From Promethearchaeati archaeon (GTDB lineage Archaea; Asgardarchaeota; Heimdallarchaeia; JABLTI01): a stretch of 31,022 nt of DNA. The stretch is from assembly GCA_013166835.1 (NCBI GenBank), contig JABLTI010000022.1, positions 1 to 31,022 on the forward strand, written 5' to 3'. The notes below the pieces were generated by a model. That model saw nothing but the letters and a program-made list of their open reading frames with translations, ran no database searches and was not told the DNA's origin. Position numbers and translations under genes: made by a program. Below are positions 19,938 to 29,035 of the stretch, in pieces. Within the stretch, counting starts at the first letter, position 1. Every line of letters starts with the position of its first letter.

Positions 19938-20459
19938 TTGAGCAATGATAAGGAAAAGGAATTTAGAAATTTAGAACACATCTTTTATGTTCTTGAAGAA
20001 CGTACAATCTGGTATAAAAAACGACAACTTGAAACTAAAAGGGCAATGAAATCCATCCATCGATTAGATATATTACCAGATCCTTCTAAAACTCAAACTA
20101 TGCTTGAAGCCGAAATTAGTTATATAATCAATAACGCTGGGTTAGAAGCTCTGAAAATCATAATTGAACAATTTACTGTTTTGGATGCAAACAATTGGAA
20201 AGAACGATTAAGAAAGGAATTCATTATACTATTACAAGATAAATGTATTTTTTTTGAAAAAAAGCAACTTTCACAAAAACAATTCTCCACTCTTTTTGAA
20301 GTTGTTTTCAGTTTAGATGAAAATTGTCAAAGAAAGGAAATTGCTAATTTTATTCGTGAAAATGCTGAAGAATTAGTCACTCAAGTGTTCAAAAACATTG
20401 TAATCTTAGATGATGTTTATGCTCAGAAAGTAATTAAGGATTTGATTAATCACCTATAA
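19938..20459 (+). CDS. Hypothetical helical protein
   Basis: 173-aa ORF with AAGGT upstream of TTG; no motif recognised. Confidence 0.65.
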   Translation: MSNDKEKEFRNLEHIFYVLEERTIWYKKRQLETKRAMKSIHRLDILPDPSKTQTMLEAEISYIINNAGLEALKIIIEQFTVLDANNWKERLRKEFIILLQDKCIFFEKKQLSQKQFSTLFEVVFSLDENCQRKEIANFIRENAEELVTQVFKNIVILDDVYAQKVIKDLINHL

Positions 20460-20527
20460 AATAAAAATTAATTGAAAATTCTAAAATATTACTGTAGTAG
20501 ATTCTATGATTACTATATAGCAAATAA

Positions 20528-21625
20528 CTAAACTGTAAGATGTTTCTCTATTATTTCCCATATCCCATAATGATCCAGAGTGATTCTTACTAAGCTCAGA
20601 ATTCCTAGAACGATTGTTCCACATCCTACTAAAACCTTGAGCCATTTACTATCAATTTTTTTAACAATTAATGCCCCTAAGGGAGCACCTAAGGTTTTTC
20701 CAATTATTAAATATGGTGCTAATTCAAAAAAATCCCAAGATATTGATTCTCCCGTGCTCCTATTTACGAAAAGGTGTGTGATGATAAAAGCTAGAACTCC
20801 TACAAAACTCACAGCTGTTTTGGAGAAAATTGAGGAAGCTAATGCTCTTTTCCCTTCTCTTCCAGTTAACATTTGTCCTGCAACTGTAACGGGCCTATAT
20901 CCACCACCAGACAAACCTTTATTGAATCCAGATATAGCTCCAAGTGCGATAATACGCTTCATTGAGAATTTTATTTTATTATTTCTTAAAGCTAGAGTAA
21001 GAACCCCCATACTGAAAACCATGATACCAATGTATATTTTCACACCTAAATTAAAGTAAATATTTTCAACATAAACAACACTGATTATTACCGCAACAAT
21101 TGATGTTAGAATCCCTACTCCAGCTAAAACTAATATGATTTTTGAATCTGTAGTTAAATTCCTAATTTTTTCTACAAAAGAACCATTTTTTAACTTAACT
21201 TCCTTGATTTCATCAAATTCTCTAATTTCTATTTCATTATCATCTTCTATAATAAACTCTTCCTCTATGTCTTCTTCTGATTCAGATTCATCTGGTTTTG
21301 AATCACTGGAAGCTTTCACAATTTCACCATTTGGTAAAGAATAAGCTTTTGACTTCCTGCGTCGTCTTCTTCTCCTAAAGACACGTTTTTGTCCCAATCT
21401 AACATTTTTGAGAAGAGCGTGAAAAATCATAGCAACAATTCCAGCAATCAATTCAGCTGTAAGAATCGAAGGAACAATAGTATACACTGTAAATCCAATT
21501 ATTAGCAAAATTGGTGTAAAAGTTGTACCAAATCCAATGCCAAAAGAAGCATCCATTAGTTCAATGAGAAAAGCAAGTACTATAATAACTATCAAAGTTG
21601 GAGTAAAAATAGTTAGGATGTTCAT
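20528..21625 (-). CDS. TSUP (TauE/SafE) family transporter with a charged insertion
   Basis: DASFGIGFGTTFTPIL, GAISGFNKGLSGGGY.P, GAPLGA...K; multiple TM helices. Confidence 0.85.
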   Translation of the reverse strand: MNILTIFTPTLIVIIVLAFLIELMDASFGIGFGTTFTPILLIIGFTVYTIVPSILTAELIAGIVAMIFHALLKNVRLGQKRVFRRRRRRRKSKAYSLPNGEIVKASSDSKPDESESEEDIEEEFIIEDDNEIEIREFDEIKEVKLKNGSFVEKIRNLTTDSKIILVLAGVGILTSIVAVIISVVYVENIYFNLGVKIYIGIMVFSMGVLTLALRNNKIKFSMKRIIALGAISGFNKGLSGGGYRPVTVAGQMLTGREGKRALASSIFSKTAVSFVGVLAFIITHLFVNRSTGESISWDFFELAPYLIIGKTLGAPLGALIVKKIDSKWLKVLVGCGTIVLGILSLVRITLDHYGIWEIIEKHLTV

Positions 21626-21721
21626 GCAAATCTATCCTAGAAGTCAAGATATTTTCAAAATGAATCAAATTTAAACTTACCCTTACTACGTGTTAATTAA
21701 ATAATAAAGTCCGTATTTTCT

Positions 21722-22006
21722 CTAATCTTTATATAAGCGTATTAAAGCTCGAGTTTCTCTTACTTCTTGCTCGAAATCATCCTTTTCCAAATCAAATAAC
21801 GCATAAGTTACTTCAGCTTTCAATAATTTTTCAGCATCAACAAGTATCACAACATCTTTTCGAAAAATGTTATGCACAAGAATTAGTATTTTCTCTTTCC
21901 AAATCTTTGTCTTTTGATCCTGTATTTTTTCTATCTTGATAATTTTACCAAGCCTCTTACTGCTTTTATCTGCAGCTATTTTTCCAACTAACTCCTGGAG
22001 GTTCAT
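21722..22006 (-). CDS. PRC-barrel-like small protein
   Basis: LQELVGKIAADKSSKRLGKIIKIE matches a PRC-barrel start. Confidence 0.55.
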   Translation of the reverse strand: MNLQELVGKIAADKSSKRLGKIIKIEKIQDQKTKIWKEKILILVHNIFRKDVVILVDAEKLLKAEVTYALFDLEKDDFEQEVRETRALIRLYKD

Positions 22007-22011
22007 AATAT

Positions 22012-22770
22012 CTAATCCTTAAGTTTAATCACTGACTGTCTTTTTTCTAATTCTATGTTAATCCTATTTTTAAATTGTAACGTTAGTTTTTCATTTTTTA
22101 TTGTCGGTTTAACAGTATAAACAAGCATTTCTACACCATTAGCAACAGCTTCTCTAAATTGGAAGCTGAATTCTGGGTCAGTTTCTTTATTTGGTGAAAA
22201 AATTATTGGATCATCTCTCATACAAACAAATAAAGCAATCGCTCTACTACCTTTTGACTTAATATCGATTAATTCACGAAGATGTCGAGCTCCTCTTTTA
22301 GTGGGAGCATCAGGAAAAAGAGCTTTTTTTCCTTTAACCAAGGTTACACCTTTTACTTCTACAAAGCATGTTTCTTTGTCATTAGACAACAAGAAATCTA
22401 AACGACTGCTTCCATATTTTACTTCTGCTTTTATATTATTGTAATTCGAGATTTCATTTATCCATTTATTAGTGATTGCTTGTTTTACCACTTGATTAGG
22501 TAAGCTTGAGTTTATAGTAATAATCCGGTTTTCGTGTTTTACAGCAAGAATATCCCAGTTTGTTTTTCTATCTTTACGTCTTAATGGTTCTCTAATAATC
22601 AATCTAGCTTTCGGCAACAATAATTCCTTCATTCGACCTGGATCATGCAAAAAAGCTTTTTCTGTTTTATTGGATCCTTCGAGTTTAAGATTCACCAAAA
22701 AACGATTAGGTCGATCAATAAAAGTAGCATATCTTATGTTTCCCTCAACAACTACTTCTCTTTCATGCAT
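22012..22770 (-). CDS. sfsA: DNA/RNA nuclease SfsA
   Basis: RPNRF, HDPGRMKEL, EVKYGSSRLDFLL, FVEVKGVTL, FPDAPTKRGARHLREL. Confidence 0.95.
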   Translation of the reverse strand: MHEREVVVEGNIRYATFIDRPNRFLVNLKLEGSNKTEKAFLHDPGRMKELLLPKARLIIREPLRRKDRKTNWDILAVKHENRIITINSSLPNQVVKQAITNKWINEISNYNNIKAEVKYGSSRLDFLLSNDKETCFVEVKGVTLVKGKKALFPDAPTKRGARHLRELIDIKSKGSRAIALFVCMRDDPIIFSPNKETDPEFSFQFREAVANGVEMLVYTVKPTIKNEKLTLQFKNRINIELEKRQSVIKLKD

Positions 22771-22913
22771 ATGTGTGATAGACCATTTACTTGTATATAT
22801 TTTTTATTAATTTTTTCGTACAATTATTTGTATTCTGTTTTTTTTCATTAAAAAATTGAGTATAGGGAGAATTCTTTTTAAACTGTGAATTTGAACAAAT
22901 TTGAGTGATATAG

Positions 22914-24134
22914 ATGGCATTCTTCGAAAAATATAAAGAGCGGACAGAGACCGAGTTACTTGTAGAAGTACGAATGGCAAAAGAACTTGGTATTTATCCA
23001 TATTTCAAAGAGTTGAATAGCGAACAAGGGCCCATTGTAGCCATGAATGGTAGAGAAGTTATTATGCTTGGTTCCAATAACTATCTCGGTTTTACTACAG
23101 ATAAGCGAATTAAGAACGCTGCGAAAAAAGCAATAGATGAATTTGGTGTTGGTTCCACCGGATCAAGATTGCTAAATGGTACAATGGAATTACACGTAGA
23201 ATTAGAAGAACGTTTAGCAAATTTCTTTGGAACGGAAGAAGCTGTTATTTTTTCAACTGGTATGCAAGCAAATCTTGGGGCATTATCATGTTTTTTAGGA
23301 AAAGATGACTGGGTTATATCTGATGAACAAAATCACGCTTCAATTATAGATGGTATAAGACTTGGTGGATTACCATCTAAACACAAGAAAATCTACAAAC
23401 ACAATGATATGGCTGACCTTGAAAGATGCTTAAAGGAGATACCTGAAGGCGAACATGCACTAATCGTTACTGATGGTGTGTTTTCTATGCATGGAGACAT
23501 TGCACATGTAGATGTCATCACAGAATTATCTGAAAAATATGGTGCCGGTGTATATGTAGATGATGCTCATGCAGTTGGTGTTTTGGGTCCAAATGGTAGA
23601 GGTACCGCTCATCACTTTGGCGTCGAAAAGAAAGTAGACATCATAATGGGTACTTTTTCTAAGAGCTTTGCATCTATTGGTGGATATGTTGCTGGTTCAT
23701 CGTCAATTTGCCAATGGATTAAACATCGTGCAAGATCCTTAATATTCAGTGCTAGTGCTCCCCCAGCTTCTGTTGCTTCAGTTATTGCTATTTTAGACAT
23801 CATAGAAAAGGATGATTCCATCCGACAGAAACTTTGGGCAAATACGAAAAGATTACGAGATGGCTATTTAGCTGCTGGATTTGATATCGGCAAATCAGAA
23901 ACACCAATTATACCAATAATTGTTGGAGCAGATATGCCTACATTTTATCTCTTCAAGAATCTCTTTGAAGAAACACCAAGAAGTGTTTATACAAATCCCG
24001 TCCGTGCTCCTGCGGTTCCTGATGGAGGTCAATTACTTCGTACATCTTGCCAAGCATCCTTTGATTTTGACACACTAGATGAAGCTGTTGAGATAATCAC
24101 GAAACATGGAAAAGCACTTGAAATCATAAAATAA
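22914..24134 (+). CDS. Alpha-oxoamine synthase (PLP-dependent), most like bacterial serine palmitoyltransferase
   Basis: GIYPYF, GSNNYLG, GSRLLNGT, FSTGMQANLG, NHASIIDG, DGVFSM.GD, DDAH, PLP-lysine motif GTFSKS, IFSAS. Confidence 0.8.
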   Translation: MAFFEKYKERTETELLVEVRMAKELGIYPYFKELNSEQGPIVAMNGREVIMLGSNNYLGFTTDKRIKNAAKKAIDEFGVGSTGSRLLNGTMELHVELEERLANFFGTEEAVIFSTGMQANLGALSCFLGKDDWVISDEQNHASIIDGIRLGGLPSKHKKIYKHNDMADLERCLKEIPEGEHALIVTDGVFSMHGDIAHVDVITELSEKYGAGVYVDDAHAVGVLGPNGRGTAHHFGVEKKVDIIMGTFSKSFASIGGYVAGSSSICQWIKHRARSLIFSASAPPASVASVIAILDIIEKDDSIRQKLWANTKRLRDGYLAAGFDIGKSETPIIPIIVGADMPTFYLFKNLFEETPRSVYTNPVRAPAVPDGGQLLRTSCQASFDFDTLDEAVEIITKHGKALEIIK

Positions 24135-24140
24135 TTGAGA

Positions 24141-24190
24141 TGATTAAACAAGATTGTTTGAATCTGTTTAATCACTATCCTCTTTTTTCT
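24141..24190 (+). terminator. Long hairpin plus pyrimidine tract after the AOS gene
   Basis: TGATTAAACA(A)GATT-gtttg-AATCTGTTTAATCA (24141-24174) followed by TCCTCTTTTTTCT. Confidence 0.6.
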
Positions 24191-24268
24191 CAAAAATCTA
24201 TTTATAGTTTAATTCTGTTGTAGTATTGTTTTAGGAGTCAATTCCTCTCCTGGGTTTGGTGGTTTTTC

Positions 24269-25744
24269 ATGAAGGATACAACCTCTTCAGATGATCTGCA
24301 TGAGGGAGCTAAAGAATCAAGAATTATTGAATTAGCAAGAGTGGGCGAAGCACAAACAACTGAAAAAAAGAACATTCTTTATTGGGCCTTCTATGATGCA
24401 GCGGATACTGTTTTTGCTATGGCCATAATATCAATAACCCTTTTTCAATGGGGCGAATTGATGGGTCTACGAGCAGGCTTTACTTTTGCAAGATCTCACT
24501 TGTTAGTTAGTACTTTTCTGATGATTTCTAATGTTCTCGTAGCAATATTAATGCCCATTCTTGGAGCTCATTCTGATTTAGTCGGAAAAAGAAAACCTTT
24601 AGTAATAATCTTGGGGGTCATTACTATTGCATTTATTCCTCTTATAGCACTCACTATGAAGTTTCTATTGGGTCTCTTAATTTTTCTCATTACGAATGTT
24701 GTCTATCAAGCAGCAAATCTGTATTACGAATCTATGCTTCCCTACATTTGTGATACGAACTCTCGAGCTAAAGTTTCTGCGTTTGGTGTGGCTTTTGGTT
24801 ATGTAGGTACTATTTTTGCTATTTTACTTTATTTCTTATTACCTCGAGGATTTGGCGATGCGACATTAGTTGATGATGTAATTGGTGGTAGTGTTGCACC
24901 ACAAGACATTCAATTAAATTGGGTATACTGGATGTTCATTTTTGCATCCGTTTTCTATCTACTTCTGTTTATACCATTTTTCTTTGTGAAAGAAAATAAA
25001 AGTGAAATAAAAATTACCGAATCCTTTGGTAGAAGAACTAGGAGCACTTTTATTCAACTAGGTCGAACTTTCAAAGAGATTTTCAAAGAAAACAAAGGAA
25101 TGCTGCTATTTCTTGTAGGGTGGTTGTTAATTAACGATGCTGTAGGCACGTGTATTGCTATACTTGTTGATTATTTGCGGGAAGGTTTGGGTCTTGATCC
25201 GACAATTGCGGGTGCCATTTTATTTGGTGGTATTTTGGTTGGTGTTGCGTTCCTCTATATTATGGGTCCAGTAATTGATAGAAGGGGGCCTAAATTTGGA
25301 GTAATTATAACAGCAATTGCTTGGACTATTGGTATTATCCTAACCGTTCTTTCAGGAGTAACTTACAAGACAGTTGTAATTGGAAACCTAACCTATGTAT
25401 ACAAGTTGCGATTTTTAGCATATATTGCTGCAGCAATTTTATCTTTTGGAATGGGTTCAGTTTTTGTTGTAGGTCGACAATTTATACTTGAATTATGTCC
25501 ACCAGAGAAAATTGGGCAATATATGGGCTTTAAAAAGATTTCAGGAAAAGTTAGTGCAGCAATAGGTCCTCTAATTTTCTCAGGAGTTCTCGCTTTAGTC
25601 TATCCTTATGGAAAAACGCTTGCATACCAAATAGCAATTCTCTCTTTACTGGTATTCTTCTTAATTGGTTTTGTTGTTATATTATTCATAAAAAATAATC
25701 ATGCAAAATATCTCAAAGGAGAAAGATTTCCATATAAAGAATGA
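24269..25744 (+). CDS. MFS transporter, UMF1/Atg22-like
   Basis: WAFYDAA, PILGAHSD..GKRK, YESMLP, VSAFG.AFGYVG, GK.SAAIGP; about 12 TM helices. Confidence 0.88.
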   Translation: MKDTTSSDDLHEGAKESRIIELARVGEAQTTEKKNILYWAFYDAADTVFAMAIISITLFQWGELMGLRAGFTFARSHLLVSTFLMISNVLVAILMPILGAHSDLVGKRKPLVIILGVITIAFIPLIALTMKFLLGLLIFLITNVVYQAANLYYESMLPYICDTNSRAKVSAFGVAFGYVGTIFAILLYFLLPRGFGDATLVDDVIGGSVAPQDIQLNWVYWMFIFASVFYLLLFIPFFFVKENKSEIKITESFGRRTRSTFIQLGRTFKEIFKENKGMLLFLVGWLLINDAVGTCIAILVDYLREGLGLDPTIAGAILFGGILVGVAFLYIMGPVIDRRGPKFGVIITAIAWTIGIILTVLSGVTYKTVVIGNLTYVYKLRFLAYIAAAILSFGMGSVFVVGRQFILELCPPEKIGQYMGFKKISGKVSAAIGPLIFSGVLALVYPYGKTLAYQIAILSLLVFFLIGFVVILFIKNNHAKYLKGERFPYKE

Positions 25745-25746
25745 AA

Positions 25747-25767
25747 ATGGCGTGGTTCTCACGCCAT
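25747..25767. terminator. GC-rich hairpin between convergent MFS and pdxT genes
   Basis: ATGGCGTG-gttct-CACGCCAT, a perfect 8-bp stem in a 30-bp intergenic gap. Confidence 0.6.
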
Positions 25768-25774
25768 GGATAAA

Positions 25775-26407
25775 TTAACTCAAGATGAGATTTAAGAAAT
25801 ACTCGTGGAATCGCATGTCATCAGTTAGTTCTGGATGAAATGTAGCTGCTAATAATTTTCCTTGCTTTGCAGCAAATATTTCTTCGGAATTTCTTGCTAA
25901 TATTTCCACATTTTTTCCAACTGAGGTAATTACTGGTGCACGAATAAATACTCCTGTAAATGGTTGTTTTCCAATTCCTTCAATGGTAATAGGTAATTCA
26001 AAGGAATCTTGTTGTCTTCCATATTTATTTCGTATAACATCAATGTCCATTAACTCGAGTAAAACTTGTGAAAAATCTTTCACAACATGATCTTTTGAGG
26101 TTTTGGAAAGCATTATCGTTCCAGCACAAGTCCCAAGGATTGCCATGCCATTCTTCACTTTCTCTCTGATTGTGTCTATTAGTTTGTTATCAAATCGCAT
26201 TTCAGAGACAAGTCGACTCATAACGGTACTTTCACCACCAGGAATTATCAAACCATCTAATTGTTCTATCTGTTCTGGTTTTCTTACTAGAATTGTTTTT
26301 GATTTGATTCCTTTCTTTACTAAAACCTCATTCATCATATTAATGTGTTCGAGAACGTCTCCTTGAACTGCAAGAACACCGATTTGAACTTCTTTCTTCT
26401 TTGACAT
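25775..26407 (-). CDS. pdxT: PLP synthase glutaminase subunit
   Basis: GVLAVQGD..EH, PGGEST, GTCAG, RN.YGRQ.DSFE, FIRAP, FHPELT; start overlaps the pdxS stop. Confidence 0.97.
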   Translation of the reverse strand: MSKKKEVQIGVLAVQGDVLEHINMMNEVLVKKGIKSKTILVRKPEQIEQLDGLIIPGGESTVMSRLVSEMRFDNKLIDTIREKVKNGMAILGTCAGTIMLSKTSKDHVVKDFSQVLLELMDIDVIRNKYGRQQDSFELPITIEGIGKQPFTGVFIRAPVITSVGKNVEILARNSEEIFAAKQGKLLAATFHPELTDDMRFHEYFLNLILS

Positions 26408-27381
26408 TATAGATCAGCTCCTCTATCTTGCATTCTTAGTTTCATCTCAGAACCAGTTAGTCCCATCATAGCTTTTTCTTCACTAACCATTTCTTGTGCT
26501 TCAAAAACTACATCTGGACTATCCCAATAAGAAGTAGCTAAGACAACTGCAGAAGCTCTGTTAAGCGGGTCTTCACTTTTGAAGATGCCTGACCCAACAA
26601 AAATTCCATCAGCACCAAGTAGCATCATTTGTGCTGCATCTGCGGGAGTAGTTATTCCACCAGCTGCGAAATTTACAACTGGTAAACGACCGATTTTCGC
26701 TGTTTCCAAAACAGTATCAAATGAACAGGTCATTTTTCGAGCTTTAAACATTAATTGTTGATAATCTTTGACTTCGTATAAACGTTTGATTTCATTGATT
26801 TCGTTAGTTACAAGTCTGATATGATGAACTGCTTCAGCAACATTACCGGTTCCCGGTTCTCCTTTTGTTCGTATCATGGCTGCACCTTCGTCAATTCGAC
26901 GTAATGCACTACCAAGGTCTAAAGCTCCACAAACAAATGGTGCAACAAAGTCCCATTTCCAAATGTGCCTAAATTCATCAGCTGGTGTTAGAACCTCTGA
27001 TTCATCAATGCAATCAGCCCCTGTTTCTTGAAGTACTTTTGCTTCATAGGTGTGCCCAAGTCGACACTTGGCCATAACAGGAATGGTAATTGCATCGAGA
27101 ATATCCATAATAATCGGTATAGACGCTGGACGCGCAACACCACCAGCTCTTCTTACATCTATGGGTAACTTGTCAAGGACCATTACTGCAACTGCTCCAG
27201 CATCTTCTGCAATGTGAGCTTGCTCAACAGAAGTAACGTCCATAATGACACCACCCTTCGTCATTCTAGCGAATCCTCTTTTAACACGATTCGTGCCACG
27301 AACTACATCTTCTTCATATGCTGTTCGATGAGGTATTTCACCTTTCTTCATGTAGGATCTTTCAGAGAATAGATTCTTCAT
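26407..27381 (-). CDS. pdxS: PLP synthase lyase subunit
   Basis: [58 protein letters not shown]; GAGGAG RBS upstream. Confidence 0.97.
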   Translation of the reverse strand: MKNLFSERSYMKKGEIPHRTAYEEDVVRGTNRVKRGFARMTKGGVIMDVTSVEQAHIAEDAGAVAVMVLDKLPIDVRRAGGVARPASIPIIMDILDAITIPVMAKCRLGHTYEAKVLQETGADCIDESEVLTPADEFRHIWKWDFVAPFVCGALDLGSALRRIDEGAAMIRTKGEPGTGNVAEAVHHIRLVTNEINEIKRLYEVKDYQQLMFKARKMTCSFDTVLETAKIGRLPVVNFAAGGITTPADAAQMMLLGADGIFVGSGIFKSEDPLNRASAVVLATSYWDSPDVVFEAQEMVSEEKAMMGLTGSEMKLRMQDRGADL

Positions 27382-27402
27382 TTAGGAAAATCTCCTCGAT
27401 AC

Positions 27403-27424
27403 TATACAAGTTATAACTTGTATA
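27403..27424. promoter_or_regulatory. Perfect 22-bp palindrome, candidate operator
   Basis: TATACAAGTTATAACTTGTATA is its own reverse complement; lies 22-43 nt upstream of the pdxS start. Confidence 0.75.
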
Positions 27425-27443
27425 TTAAAGTTGAAACATTAAC

Positions 27444-27451
27444 TTTATAAA
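27444..27451. promoter_or_regulatory. Candidate TATA box (TTTATAAA), possibly bidirectional
   Basis: Matches the archaeal TTTAWAWA consensus and is self-complementary; on the minus strand it would put the pdxS start site near 27420, inside the palindrome. Confidence 0.45.
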
Positions 27452-27513
27452 CTTTATTCGAAATATTGAATATTAGATATCTAACGATTGAAGTTGCCAA
27501 AGGGAATGATGAA

Positions 27514-28959
27514 GTGACAGAAAAGATTGTTTGTAAAAACTGTCAAGCAGAATTAAATCCATTACAACGTTCTCATACATGTCCCCAGTGCAGTGCAACT
27601 CTAGTTGAATATAATTTTGATTCAACAGAAACGGGTCTAGTAGTTAAAAATACCGAAAAAGGAATTTGGCGTTATCGTTCTTTTCTACCTCATTTCGAAA
27701 AAATAATTTCTCTTGGAGAGGGACAAACACCTTTACGCAAAGCTTTGCACTTATTCCAAGACAAAGTTAATTTGTTTTTGAAAATCGAAGGCTCAAATCC
27801 TACAGGTTCATATTTAGATCGAATTTCCCCTTTAATGGTATCTGATGCCATGAATAGAAATATGCAGTCTTTGGTTTGTGCTTCAGATGGAAATCTTGGG
27901 GCTTCCTTAAGTGCTTATTGCGCAGCAGCTCAAATCAAATGCTTCTGTGTTGCACCTAAGAGTACTTCCCCAGAGAAACGAACTCAAATGCTAGCTTATG
28001 GTGCAGAGGTTATTGATTATGGTGAAACTATTGATGACAGTCTTGATCTTGCTGTTAAAATGATTGAAAAAGGACGTTATCAAGCGACTCCTGAATTTAA
28101 TATTCTGACAATAGAAGGAGCAAAAACTGTTTCACTAGAAATTGTTGAACAACAAAACACATTTGGATCTATACAAGAACTCGAATATATTATAGTCCCA
28201 ATGGGAAGTGGTGGCTTGCTTTATTCTATTTGGAAGGGATTAAAACAAGCAAAAGAATTCAAACTAATACCATCAGATGTCAAATTTCCCAAAATAATTG
28301 GTGTGCAAGTTGAAGGGTATGATTCCATAACAAAATCCTTTGACGACGGAAATTCAATTCAGGAGATAACAAAGAAAAATATTAGCAAAAACAAATTAGC
28401 AGATGCTATAATGGTAAGAAACCCAATCTTCGGTGAAAAAGCAGTTCAAAGTATCAAAGAAAGTAATGGGATAGCAATTTCTGTTTCTGAAAAAGAAATC
28501 ATTGCTGCAAGCAAATTATTAGGGAAAAAGGAAGGAATATTTGCAGAATTAAGTAGTGCCACAGTAATTGCTGCAGTGGATAATTTACTGAAAGAGAAAA
28601 TACTACCGCAAAATGCTACTATGTTAGCGATTATAACTGCGAGCGGAATGAAGACTTCACGTGCATTTCAAAAAAGCACCTCTCAAGATAAAAAAGTGGA
28701 ATCACTTAGAAGTATGGGAACTAAAATAGAGATTCTAAAAACAATCAATTCCAAGGATAGCAATTTCGGATATGGAATTTGGAAATCTCTGGGGCAAATG
28801 ATTTCTTTACAAGCAGTCTATCAACACCTAAAGGAACTACAAATAAGAGAGCTTATAGTTGAAGTTGAAACAAATGATCGTCAAAAAAGATATTCAGTTA
28901 CAACGAAAGGTAAACAATTAATTAAGAAAATGAACGAGTTGGAAGAATTACTTTCATAA
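27514..28959 (+). CDS. Zn-ribbon + threonine-synthase-like domain (no PLP lysine) + C-terminal winged-HTH; putative regulator
   Basis: CKNC...CPQC, GIWRY, SLGEGQTPL, NPTGSYLDR, ASDGN, EGAKT, VPMGSGG, EGIFAELSSA; C-terminal TKIEILK...GYGIWK...QAVYQHLKELQ..ELI...KRYSVTTKGK. Likely GTG start at 27514 (ORF opens at 27466). Confidence 0.88.
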   Translation: MTEKIVCKNCQAELNPLQRSHTCPQCSATLVEYNFDSTETGLVVKNTEKGIWRYRSFLPHFEKIISLGEGQTPLRKALHLFQDKVNLFLKIEGSNPTGSYLDRISPLMVSDAMNRNMQSLVCASDGNLGASLSAYCAAAQIKCFCVAPKSTSPEKRTQMLAYGAEVIDYGETIDDSLDLAVKMIEKGRYQATPEFNILTIEGAKTVSLEIVEQQNTFGSIQELEYIIVPMGSGGLLYSIWKGLKQAKEFKLIPSDVKFPKIIGVQVEGYDSITKSFDDGNSIQEITKKNISKNKLADAIMVRNPIFGEKAVQSIKESNGIAISVSEKEIIAASKLLGKKEGIFAELSSATVIAAVDNLLKEKILPQNATMLAIITASGMKTSRAFQKSTSQDKKVESLRSMGTKIEILKTINSKDSNFGYGIWKSLGQMISLQAVYQHLKELQIRELIVEVETNDRQKRYSVTTKGKQLIKKMNELEELLS

Positions 28960-29035
28960 TATTGCTTCTTTGATTCACAATGTAACTAATTTCTTAGGAA
29001 TTGTTGAAGATTTCTATAATAAATGGTGATTTCAA

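Noticed and set aside
22789-22831. ACTTGTATA half-site and TACAA-N4-TTGTA upstream of the SPT-like gene as a second operator
   Set aside because: Only a half-site or the wrong spacing, in very AT-rich DNA; needs a proper motif model before it can be claimed.
27466-28959. Annotation as a functional threonine synthase (thrC)
   Set aside because: The PLP Schiff-base lysine is replaced by Leu and the protein carries a wHTH domain.
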